A DNA stretch of 39,657 nt from Macrostomum lignano (lineage: Eukaryota), in NCBI GenBank assembly GCA_002269645.1, contig NIVC01002673.1, forward strand, positions 1 through 39,657. The letters run 5' to 3'. Under the pieces are notes generated by a model. The model made no database searches. It was not told the origin of the DNA and saw only the letters and a list, made by a program, of their open reading frames with translations. Shown piece by piece: positions 1 to 14,500 of the stretch. Both the position numbers and the translations under genes were made by a program. The stretch's first letter is position 1; the number at the start of each line of letters is the position of its first letter.

Positions 1-742
1 GCGCGCTGCGGGCTACTGCAACTCTAGCGGAGACTGCCAGTGGTCCGTTTGCCGTCAGGACAGCTGCGGCCTCTGATGGCCCGAAACCGGTACGCCTCTG
101 CAGGTCGTGAGTTCGAGTCTCTGCCTTGGAATCCAAGGTACCGCAGGTTCCTTCGCTACACTGCACCCCCGGTTGGCATCGAGGATCGTCGCTTATTGGC
201 ACATTGCCAACATCTAGGTGTAGGACAAACGGACAGGTGCAAAACTGTCTGGCGTGAGCTGCCATCGGCGATTCGCCAGGCAGCCGGGGTCCCAGCTGTC
301 CGCGGCAAAAAGCGCAGCGGGCGCCACCGCCATCCGAGTGAAAGCCGGCAGCTGCGAGCTCCGCTGCCTCGGCGTCGGCTGTCCGGAAGGTCGCCAGCCG
401 AGCCGCCTCCGAGCGCAGCTCAGCTAGCAGAGGGTCTGCTGACTGTTCGCTGAATCGCAGCTGCTGCGGCCTCCTGGGCATCTGGCCTGAGCCACCAGCG
501 TAGTACCGAAGGCAGCGAGCAACCGCAGTTTGGCTGGCAGTGTCGGCTGCAGCTCGATGCCCCGGCGGCGTCGGCGGCCGCGGCGGAGTTCCAACTTGGA
601 TTCCGGCGAGCACCTTGACGGTGAAACTTTCTGCTTCGGCCAGAGCTGCGCGCGTCTCGCAGCCTTTGACTGCCAGGGCCTCGAGTTCAGCGGCCTGATT
701 GACTGCTCGCCGCTTAAACTCGCTGCTGAGTCCATGCGGCAT
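1..742 (-). CDS. BIR-domain (inhibitor-of-apoptosis-like) protein, 3' end beyond the window
   Basis: Hand translation from ATG at 742 stays open to position 1: MPHGLSSEF...LRSEAARLATFRTADAEAAELAAAGFHSDGGGARCAFCRGQLGPRLPGESPMAAHARQFCTCPFVLHLDVGNVP. This gives exact BIR C-x2-C-x16-H-x6-C spacing (ligands at ~316, 307, 256, 235), plus RLATF, LAAAGF and CPF...VGNVP motifs. A splice acceptor TTTTATCCGCAG lies 10 nt upstream of the ATG, so an upstream exon or trans-splice is possible. Not in the ORF track. Confidence 0.88.
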   Translation of the reverse strand, partial: MPHGLSSEFKRRAVNQAAELEALAVKGCETRAALAEAESFTVKVLAGIQVGTPPRPPTPPGHRAAADTASQTAVARCLRYYAGGSGQMPRRPQQLRFSEQSADPLLAELRSEAARLATFRTADAEAAELAAAGFHSDGGGARCAFCRGQLGPRLPGESPMAAHARQFCTCPFVLHLDVGNVPISDDPRCQPGVQCSEGTCGTLDSKAETRTHDLQRRTGFGPSEAAAVLTANGPLAVSARVAVARSA

Positions 743-1640
743 TGAGGAAGATCTGCGGATAAAAGCATTGAGAGGAATACGAGTAGAAGCAAGGAAGTCC
801 AACAGCACAAATATTTCATCAAGGTTACTTGTAGCGAAGTCAAATTTGGACCTTATTTTTAGTTGCTAAAATTAGAGCTTTCGACTTTGAGTTGAAAATC
901 GACTGTACATTGAGGCTACGCTTATGTGTACATTCAGTACTCGCGAAGAGTGTACGAGTAGTTCATTCCCTGAGGATGCACCGTCTCGTAATTCGAGCTC
1001 ATGACCCAATCCGTGGCCGAAATTTCGTGGACATTTCATTTAGTTAGCACAATCTATTGACCGAAAATAGAATTTGATTGTTTAAACGCAGCGAATACCT
1101 TAGTTTCAGAGGGAACCACAGAATATCAAAATGTTATCTTAAACAGCATGGAATGGGTGAATTATAGCTCGAGTAATCACTGAGAATAGAATCATTACCA
1201 AACTGTCTATATTGTACACAAAGTGTCGAAATTACTTCTTTAGTACCGCTTTTCCTTAGAATACGGCACGCATTAGTCTACTGTAAGTATACTAATTGTA
1301 GCAGTAGCGTGCGAAAATTTTATTCAGTATTAAAAAGATATGAACGCCAGTACCTGTTGACAATTAATGACTTAGCACCTGTCCCCCAAGGCGCTGCTAC
1401 ACCCAGATTCAAGAGTGTACAGGAATGGCCTGGCAGAACTGTACAGCCAGTGAGTGTACATTGAAAGCCTGTATTTCTAATGCACGCAGTGCATTGAAAA
1501 GAAACTCTCTCTATCCCCAGCTAGCGATAAAGCCACATTGCATTGCCGGTTTTTTCAGTAGCTGGCGAAGAGAGCGCGAAAGGCCAAGAGAGCCGAAATA
1601 AAACAATAACCGGAATTATTAAAATTGCTGCTCAATCTCT

Positions 1641-4600
1641 ATGCTGCGCATTGGAATTGACGTTGGCGGCACCAACACGGATGCTGCTCTGTTGAAGGCC
1701 GCAGAAAATAGCACCGGCCGGCCCGCTGTGAGTCCTGCTTGTACACTGTCGATTGATAATGGGGGGGAGATAGAATATGCAGGAACAGACACATTGTAGT
1801 TGTATGCATAGCCACCTAATAGCCTGCTGACGTGTAGATACGAAGGCGAAAAAGTACTTCTAGTCACCTATATTGATGGTCATTAATAGACCTTTGAACT
1901 GGAGGTCTGCCGAACCTTCCTGTGGGGGAAGACACCGAAGACGCCTTGTGACCCGGAGGAATCTGATGAGCTGTTGGGATGTTTTTGGTCGGGTCGGCGC
2001 GCTTCTTCGATAGATGGGTTCAGCTAGAGGTGATGAAGGTTTTCATTTTTTAGGTTGCAAAACTGACACAGCTTGCTCTCCTCGGTCGCTTCCTCGGAGG
2101 AAATTGTGTTTGGTAATGCAGCCATAAACTATGAGAGTCATGGTGAGGACCCGGTTGTGTCCGTTGGTTTTGATTCAAAAGGACCTTCTGGAGACGGTGC
2201 GATGGGTTCGGAACTGCCACTTAATATTTGGCGCTTGTTCACCAGCAAGGTTTTGCTACATGATTGATAACTGAGCGGGCAATCTAGTTTGGGCCAGGGA
2301 AGGAGCTGGAGGCATACCTGAGACGATTGAGGATCTCGTGTCAAGCCAGTTAATTACCCATTAGCCTTGAGTAACCTTGGTCTGCTGGAAAGTCACCTTT
2401 ATCTCTACCTGCGGATAGACGAGTTATCTGATACAGAACCCTAAATACTTGCTGCATAAAAACTGCTCTTTGACTTTGAACAGATCCTGCGCAGTGTCAA
2501 GACGCCAACAACTGACGACGTAACCGGAGGCGTCCGTCAGGCTCTGCGCGAAGTACTGCAAATCGGCTCTCCCGATGAAGTCAAGGAGCCTGTGCAGCTC
2601 GTCAGCATCGGCACCACGCACCTCATCAATGCTGTCTTGCAGCGTCGCGGCCTCGCCAAGATCTGCGTCGTCCGACTGGGCCGGCCAAGCACGGCTGCTG
2701 TACCGCCGTTCTCTGATTGGCCAGAGGACCTGCGGCAGGCGGTCCGTTGCCGCTGGCTGCTCGCTGACGGAGGCTACAATTATGATGGCGAGACTGTCAT
2801 CACTGAGCCGAACGAGGCGCAGGTGAGCTGTCATGGAAAATATTCCTCAGCAAAATATGTGAATTTCAGAGTATTCTAAGCACTAAATGAAAATATGCAT
2901 AAATTGGGGTTGTAGCCTAGTGGTTACAGCGTCGGAATCACAACTTGAAGGTCGGGGGTTCCATTCCCGATCCCACTGGAACAATTTGTGTCCTTGAGCA
3001 AGACACTTACTCTGCATTGCTTCAGTTCACCCAGCTGTAAAATGGGTGCCCGCATTAGCTGGGATAATTAAGGGCGTGTTGCGACCTTCCCGTCCTTGGA
3101 CTGAACAGCCGTACGCAGCCTTGAGATATGCCGCGCAATAGCTGCGGCTGAGCTGTCAGTTGCATATCTGGCCATTAGTGCAAACTGGCCTCTATCTCTA
3201 TATGGTTACAGTAAGTTGTTATGTATTTCTCAACCCTTGCAGATAAAGGAATTCGCCAGGTCAACCAGCGCCGAAACTGGCTGCCGACGATTTGTAGTTG
3301 TGGGAGTCTTCGCTCCGGTGAGGCCAGACCAGGAGCTGCAAGCAGGCCGCTGGATCAGAGAGGCGGTGCCGGGCGCCAGCCTCACCCTGTCCCACCAGGT
3401 GGCTGGCAGTCTGGGTCTACTCGAGCGCGAGAACGCATCAGTGCTGAACGAGTGCCTGAAACCAGCCTGTGCGAGGGCGATTCGCGCATTCCAGGCTGCC
3501 ATGACCGAAGTCGGATTGGCCTGTCCGCTGGTGCTGACGCTCAGCGACGGCACGGTGGCTACCGCACCGGACTGCCTCGACCGGCCCGTATCGATGCTGG
3601 GCTCCGGACCAACGAACAGCATGCGCGGGGCCGCATTTCTCACGGGCCTGTCCGATGCTATCGTTGCCGACATTGGAGGCACGACCACGGACATTGGCCT
3701 GCTTGTAGGAGGCTTTCCGAAGCCGGCCGCTGTCCGAGTTCGCATTGCGGGAGTGGCGACCAACTTCACCCAACCTGACGTCACATCGATTGCGCTCGGT
3801 GGAGGGTCCATCGTGACGGCTGGCCTGACTGGTGAATCGCCTTCTGTTGGTCCGCAGTCTGTGGGCTACAAACTCATAAAGGAAGCTCTGGTCTTCGGAG
3901 GGAACATCCCTACCGTAACTGATGCCGCCGTTGCTTCCTCGCCTCACGACGTGCAGGTGGGCGACGCTGATCGCCTCAGAGCTCGGCTCGCTGATGCAAA
4001 CGAAGAGTCGCAGTCACTGAGTCGTCTGCTCAGGGCGGCCTACTCGATAGCTCTAACTAGCTTGGAGGCCGCTGTAGACGCCGCCCGTGTATCGAGTGCT
4101 CAGATGCCCGTCGTGCTGGTTGGAGGTGGCGCGGCTCTATTCTCGGGCGCCCGAAGCCTGGCCGGAATGCCGGTGCAAGTTCCCGCCGACGCCGGAGTGG
4201 CGAACGCGCTGGGCGCAGGTCTCTGCCAAGTAAGTGGCAACGTTGAGGCTACGTTGAATCTGGCGGATCCAGCCGAGCGAAAAGCCCGCCTAGACGAAGT
4301 CAAGGCTGCCGCTGTTGACGCAGCCGTTTCAAGAGGATCGGTGCGCTCTTCGACGCAACTAAAGGAACTACACGAGGTCCAGCTGCCCTATGTGCCAGGT
4401 GGTGCTTGTCGTGTCTCAGCCAGGGCTATTGGGGAGCTTGATATCTCTGCTGCTGCTCGTCTGAGCTTGCAGGTAAATGCGCATGCTGACGGTGCTGATG
4501 CCTCAGTTTTATCGGAGGAGGAGAGCGGTACCGCTGCCAAACAAGCTTCACGCAGTACCTGTGTGCCTGTGCCAGCACAGCGCGAGTTTGATGACCAAGG

Positions 4601-5816
4601 CGATTGGCTTCTCAGTGACTACGACACTCACTGTCTGAGCGTGGGCGCCGGGCTTATAGGTTGCGGGGGAGGCGGCAGCCCCTACGTCGGCCGGCTGATG
4701 CTCAACTGTCTGATGGAGAACGGTCATCGGCCTCGCATAGTGAAACTCGACCGAATGCTTGAGCTCAACGGAGCGGAAGGCCTGGTTGCCCTCCCTGGCT
4801 TTGTGGGCTCGCCGACAGTCTGCAATGAAAAAATCACTTCCGGTTTAGAGACAGCAACAGCCATTCGGCTCGTCCACCTGGCTGACGAGCTGCGTCGGCA
4901 GAAACCTGAGCAGCAGCTGCACTTTGTCGAAAGCTGCGATGCACTCGGTGGCGGTGAGGTCAAATGGGATGAAAAAATTGTCGGTGTAGCCTCCTTGGAA
5001 ATCGGGGGACTAAACAGCATTGAGCCTCTGGTGGTAGCGGCTAAACTTGGTCTGCCCGTACTCGACATGGACGGCATGGGCCGGGCATTCCCGGAGCTGC
5101 AGATGGTTCTGCCGATGATTGGCGGTTGTCCAGCGGCCCCGGCTGCAATTGGCGATGAGTTCGAGCGAGGTGCCGTCATTGTCGAGTGTGATAGCGCCAA
5201 GGAGCTGGAGACGCACTTCCGCAGTGTCTGCGTCCAGCGTGGCTGTTCGGTTGGTATTGCGATGCCTCCACTGAAGCTGCAGCAGTGCAGAGAGCACCTG
5301 CTGCCTGGCAGCTACACCAGAGCCTGGCGTCTCGGCGACGGAATCCTGCGAGCTCGTGCGGCCAAGACGGATCCAGTGGAAACCGCGCGCAGTTTGCTGA
5401 ACGGTCGCGTGCTGTTGTCGCGCGGCAAGATTGCGGACGTCCGTCGAGTTACCAGCGGGGGATTCGCACGCGGCAGCCTGATTGTAGTTGAGGACAGGCG
5501 CGGAGAAAGCGAAGAGAGCGGCCTCGATGTGGAGTTCCAGAACGAGTACCTGCTCGTTAAGCGTCTGGGCGCGCCGGAAACTGAGGCACTGGCCTGCACA
5601 CCGGACCTCATCATAGTGATGGACGCAGACTCCGGCGAGCCGGTAACGACAGAGGAGCTGCGCTACGGCCTCCGGGTAGCCGTGCTGGCTGCGCCGTGCC
5701 ACCCGCGAATGGCGACGCCAGCCGCGCTCGCTGCCGTCGGGCCGCAGGCGTTCGGCTTCGACGGAATCAAGTACCGACCCTGCGCCGAGTATCGGCTCGA
5801 TGCTGACGAAGCGTGA
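1641..5816 (+). CDS. Hydantoinase-A/oxoprolinase-family + DUF917 fusion protein (~999 aa, 3 exons)
   Basis: join(1641..1727,2484..2822,3243..5816); both introns are GT-AG, phase 0. N-half motifs: IGIDVGGTNTD, SIGTTHLINA, GSGPTNSMRGA, VADIGGTTTDIG, SIALGGGS, VGPQSVG, VLVGGG, ANALGA (Hydant_A_N/Hydantoinase_A). C-half motifs: GAGLIGCGGGGSPY, GFVGSPT, EIGGLN, LPVLDMDGMGRAFPEL, GKIADV..GGFARG, EFQNEYL, PDLIIVMD..GEPVTTEELRYGLRV (DUF917). Confidence 0.9.
1800..2400 (-). mobile_element. Possible highly degraded non-LTR retrotransposon RT fragment in intron 1 of the hydantoinase gene
   Basis: Interrupted minus-strand peptides appear in RT-like order: HEILNRLRYASSSFPGPN*I (cf. SAPGPDGI), a frameshifted F-R-P-I-A-like stretch, EEATEESKLCQFCNLKN (cf. 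DLKNAF), KVRQ. Weak, recognised by eye only. Confidence 0.3.
2906..3202 (+). mobile_element. tRNA-derived SINE, family 1 (CORE-like central domain), full-length copy in intron 2
   Basis: tRNA-like head with A box (TAGCCTAGTGG) and B box (GGTTCCATTCC). Central domain TGTGTCCTTGAGCAAGACACTTAC...CTGTAAAATGGG at 2987..3046. Homologous copies at 10965, 11651 and 24429. Confidence 0.85.
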
Positions 5817-6509
5817 ACTCCTGGGCTTCTTGAAGCTTCTTGAAAACCAGCCAGTCTGGCAACCTAACGGACGATTGACTTTAAAATAGGACCTCCAAGT
5901 TGCGATGAAATATTCCAATTTTATTCAAGTTAAAACAATTCAAAATATTTAAATGTTTAAATATATTGCTGGATCAATATACGAGCTAAGTCTGACTTAA
6001 GAATTGTTTCCGTTTTAGACAATAAAGAAGACAGCAAGACGCGAAAATGATTATAAAAATAAAGGAAATTGATGCCAGAAATTTGCACAATTTATTTAAA
6101 AGATACGCATAGGAAATCTGGAATAAACGCGCGATCTCTGTTGCATTCGCGCCGCGGTAAGGCCGTGAGAAACGTGCAAAGCAAAAACCCATGCGCTTGC
6201 AGACCGGAAAAAATTAGGATAAAAAATTAGAGAATCTACAGCCGGAATTGTCAAGTCAATGGCGCTGATGCAGGTAAAAGCGGAGAGCATACTCGCGAAT
6301 TACTGTTACAACAACTCTAAGTAAGTAGGGAATTACAACTTTAATTATTGAGCAATAGATGGATGCACAATGTGATAATTATTATTGAAGCATCAGTAGT
6401 CAAGGGACCGAACCCTGTGTCACATTGGCATCTAGCCTCCAGCGCAACTGTTCGCTAGGTGCTGACATCGGATGCTACTGTTGGATGCCCGGAGTCCCGG
6501 ACACCGGCC

Positions 6510-10224
<3,715 letters not shown>

Positions 10225-10964
10225 AGCTTGGATGTTGGATGCACTTATAAAATCACCGCGACCCGACGGCGGTCTTTCCAGCTTGTCCCCCTGTCGATTC
10301 AGGTAAGCCCTACTCAGGCTCTAGCTTGTGTTGGCATAAAAAACTTTTCTCGCTTTATACTGTGGACTGGCTGTGAAGCTGTACGAGTCGTTATAGCAGC
10401 CATTTTTGTTGAACGGCTCTCTGTACTCTCAGGCAGCGCGCGGCCGCTCAACTCTGCCCTCGGGCGCCCATCCCCCCTTCCCCGTGCAGCCCCACCCCAA
10501 CCCCCGATAGCCCGGCGCACGGGGCGAGAATTTCATAACCGCGCGCGCTCCCCGACGTTGCCCGGACAGAAACACTCACCTAAAACTATGCTGTAGACAA
10601 AGTACACGCTAGATAAAGATAGTAAGTACTGACTTCTGCGCGCAGTTACTACCCCATTACTTGCCACCAAGCAAGTACACGAACTCAACTGCAGGACAGG
10701 GAGGTTGCAATTTCCCAAGACCTCCTGCACCAAATTCCTCTGCCTTTTCATGCCATCAAGGACGCTTGACTACAAATCTGTTCCGAGAGGTAATGCGCTT
10801 CTAACTAACAGGCCTGCTCAAGAAACCAGCTTAACATTCTCACGTAGATGCAATAAGCAGACTGCAGGTACTGTACATGCATATACGTGCGTTTCAAACT
10901 CCGAATGCATAAATATGATGCAGTACAGACTCATCGAGTACATACACGTACGGCTATTCAGTGA

Positions 10965-11034
10965 GCTAATGCTGGCACCCATTTTACAGCTGGGTGAACT
11001 GAAGCAATGCAGAGTTAAATGTCCTGCTCAGGAA
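10965..11034 (-). mobile_element. SINE family 1 central-domain fragment
   Basis: Reverse complement of the GAGCA..ACA..TTAACTCTGCATTGCTTCAGTTCACCCAGCTGTAAAATGGGTGCCAGCATTAGC segment of the 2906 and 24429 copies. Confidence 0.8.
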
Positions 11035-11515
11035 TTTTTTTAAATCTGACTACTCGTAGTAGCAATAAACAAATTAAAAAAACTCGCAGCGTTGCGAAAC
11101 AGTTTAAAATTTATTCAAAACGACCAAGTCTACAGGACTAAAGCCTTTCTTTAGTTAATATTAACTTATTTTATTAAGGAATAAAAACTGGACCGACACT
11201 ACTACTAGAAGCCAAGAGAAGTGAGTAGCAGCGACTGCATTTTTACAGAAAAATTATATATGCGTCTTTTCAACAGCTGCTGCAGTCAAAAAGACGAGAT
11301 CAATTTGCAATTACGGTAGAAGTCCATCGCAAGACCTACCGAGTGCTTGCTAGACCGGGGGTCACAGCCTCAGTACGGTCACCCGCCCGCATCTTTAGTT
11401 CAGTCTGGAGTTCGAACTGCAGCGATTGTGCATGGTCTACAATATTGCACAACAGTAAAAAACACGTGTGTTGAAAAAAACGCACAACGGAGCAGAAACA
11501 CTTCAGAGCCTCCGA

Positions 11516-14500
11516 CTACTCAATCAGCTTGGACTTCAGGAAGTCAACGAAGTCGTCAATAAGCGACGGCCAGGCGCCTGAAATGTCGGATTGCAGAAAT
11601 GTACTTTTATTTATCGGCGCTTTTGCCTGTAGATGGGGCACTCGGCGCATTTGCGACCCCCCGTCCTTGGACTGAAGAGCCGTACGCAGCCTTCAGATGC
11701 ACATCTGCCCAGTGGGGCAGGTGTAATCAATAATAATAATAATAAACATTGTGCCACATTGCTCAATAGCCCGCAGCCTACCATTGGGATCATAGTCGGC
11801 CAGGTTGTCCGGGTTGCTCACAAAGTCGAAAAATAAATTCCAGGTGTCGCGAGAGACTCCGCGCACCTTGGCCTCGCGCAGGAAACGAAACCAGGACTCG
11901 AGCAGCTGACCGAACGGCCCGCCATTCAGCAGCAGGTTCCAGTAGGGGATGGCAGTCTCCACAGCTGCGGGGTGGCGAATTCGTCAGATGAAACTACTAA
12001 CAGTAGAATAAAATCGGCGAATCGGTGAGTGGGAATAGGGATAGGGATCCCGGGAGTCGGGATTTCGGAAGTCAGGATAGGGATCTCGGTAGTCGGGATA
12101 GGGATTTCGAGAGTCGGGACCTCGGGAGTCGGGTCGATATCCGGATCGGGACCTTTGGAAGTCGGGATCTCCAGAGTCGGGATCTCCAGATTCGGGATCG
12201 GGACCTCGGGAGTCAGGATCTGGATCTCAGGAGTCGGGATCGGGATTTTGGGAGTCGGGATCGGGATCTCGAGAGTCGGAATCGGGACCTCGGGAGTCGG
12301 GATCGGGACTTCGGAAGTCGGGATCTCCAGAGTCGGGATCGGGACCTCGGGAGTCAGGATCCGGATCTCAGGAGTCGGGATCGGGATTTTGGGAGTCGGG
12401 ATCGGGATCTCGAGAGTCGGAATCGGGACCTCGGGAGTCGGGGTCACAAAACTCGGGATAGGGACCTGGAGTCGGGATCGGGATCTCGAGAGTCGGGATC
12501 TCGGGAGTTGGGATTGGTTTATCAAAGATCCGAATTTCGTCGCAGACTTACGCAGCACTTTGGAGTCCCGCGACTCCCTAGCGAAGTCAAACGTGAAGGC
12601 GTGCAGGTCGCGCAGCTGCCCGACGTCCTGGGCCAGAGCCCGCTCGGTCTGGGCCAGCCGGGAGCGCAGCTTGTCGAGGCTGTCGGCGCCCAGACGGCCG
12701 AGGCCGGTGACGAATTCGGCTCTGGAGAACTCGCCCTGAACACCGGCCTGCAGCTTCCAGGCCAGCACGAGGGCGGCGAGGGACACCGGGTCGATGCGCA
12801 GATCGTCTAACAGGCGACAAACTCCGGTAGGGTTGATGCGGTCGGGGTCATCCTGAGAGTTAGGGCAGCGGTGCACAATACTGGTCATAAGCCTTGGTAT
12901 ACGGTTCGGGAACCTTAGTTGAATTTGGCGTTCCCAAGCAAGCCGCCTTTGAGAGTCATTCACAGAACATGTGGGCTGTCGTGCGATTCACAGCCATGAA
13001 GGCCAGTTCCAAAGGCACAGAGAGTCAGGACCGCTGTACACCCTGTGTGAGCGTGTGAGTGCGTGCCTGCGTACAGTATAGGCTCAGAAGTCAGTGGAAT
13101 GGGCAGAATTGCCTCAGCGCTGGTTGTGTTGGCTCAGAAGTCAGTGGAATGGGCAGAATTGCCTCAGCGCTGGTTGTGTTGGCTCAGGAGTCAGTGGAAT
13201 GGGCAGAATTGCCTCAGCGCTGGTTGTGTTGGCTCAGGAGTCAGTGGAATGGGCAGAATTGCCTCAGCGCTGGTTGTGTTGGCTCAGGAGTCAGTGGAAT
13301 GGGCAGAATTGCCTCAGCGCTGGTTGTGTTGGCTCAGAAGTCAGTGGAATGGGCAGAATTGCCTCAGAAGGCGTTGCGTCAGGGCGGCCGCACCTATCCA
13401 GCAATTAGTAATATTATTACGAGGGGTGTCCCCGAAAAGTTCTGACACTTTTAATTTCAGAGCAAAAACAGTCGCAACTGCAAGCACAACTTTGGTGTCA
13501 TTTTCAAGCGGCACATCTCTGCTTTCCATCAATTGAATTAAGTCGCGTGTATTTTGGTCATTTCATTCAAAAGTTACGTGTCTTAGAGTAAAAGTTAAAA
13601 AATATAAAAGTCGATTTTTTTGTGTTCAAAGAAACGAATTGTAGTCATTCATCATTATCATCCTTCAAGGCAGCCTTGTCAACGTAGTCTCCACCTGTAG
13701 CAACACACTTTTCCCATCGTTTGAGCATTCCGTGCCTTCGGCCTTTCAAATGCACACTCATGATGGTGTCAAAAATCACAAAAATCAAAACACTTGACCT
13801 TTGCAAGGTGCAAAACAGTGAGATTTGCTTACAAGTGACGGAGTGTATAAAATACTCAACACAGAAATGGTGGACGGTAAGAGAGGGATGCACTGTAAAT
13901 TAGAGCCGTTTTGTGTACGCTCGTAAACGATTGTACTTGCGTGCTGCAAACAAGATCCATAAAAAGCTATGTACTTCACCTTTTACTCCTGTAAGACTAT
14001 CTGCAGCATTTTGATGGTTTTTCACACACAATTTTTGAATGAAATGACCAATATACACGCGACTTAATTCATGACATGGGCACCCCTAGTATATTATCTT
14101 TAATGTATTATTCTATTCTTTTTCATTTATATGATCCTACTGCTCAACTTCCCTCAACCGAATGCATTCAACGACACCACAGTGATCGCTAGCCAATGGC
14201 AGGCCTCCCGCACCTGACTAACAACATCACCCCCAATTAGGCAGCTTCTGAGTCCTGGTTCTCAGGGCGGGAGGGATTAAGATCGCTACGTCCCGTGGTT
14301 GAGTCTCACCTGAGACCGGTAGGAGTTGAACAGCGCGGCCACCTTTCTGGTGTCAACAGACAGCCGCTCGTCATATTTGGCGGGGCTGCTGTAATAATCG
14401 TCCACTGCTGCATCCAGGCGCCAGGCATTCTGGCTGAGGCACTGCAGCGCCACCGGCTCCTGCGCCTCTGTGCACTGCACGAACCGCTGCACGAGCTCGC

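Noticed and set aside
40-843. ORF-track calls 40..453(+), 424..843(-), 530..745(+)
   Set aside because: Shadow frames of the BIR gene, which lies in a different minus-strand frame.
2906-2978. Possible tRNA gene (also 24429..24502)
   Set aside because: The acceptor and anticodon stems are imperfect, and the sequence continues into a shared SINE body and tail.
1641-5816. Bacterial contamination or a prokaryotic operon as the source of the hydantoinase-DUF917 gene
   Set aside because: It has two in-phase GT-AG introns, one containing a host SINE, and is flanked by eukaryote-specific genes.
3221-5918. Many overlapping ORFs inside the hydantoinase-DUF917 exon
   Set aside because: Antisense or alternate-frame by-products of GC-rich coding DNA; no motifs.
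12025-12810. RD/RS-rich (261 aa) and GIG-rich (236 aa) plus-strand ORFs
   Set aside because: Translations of the intronic GGGATC minisatellite, antisense to DCN1; not an SR protein.
13081-13367. CRISPR-like appearance of the 50-bp array (also the 44-, 89- and 118-bp arrays)
   Set aside because: Head-to-tail tandem units with no unique spacers, no cas genes, and a eukaryotic context.
13059-13536. Repetitive ORFs over the 50-bp array
   Set aside because: Repeat artefacts in DCN1 intron 1.
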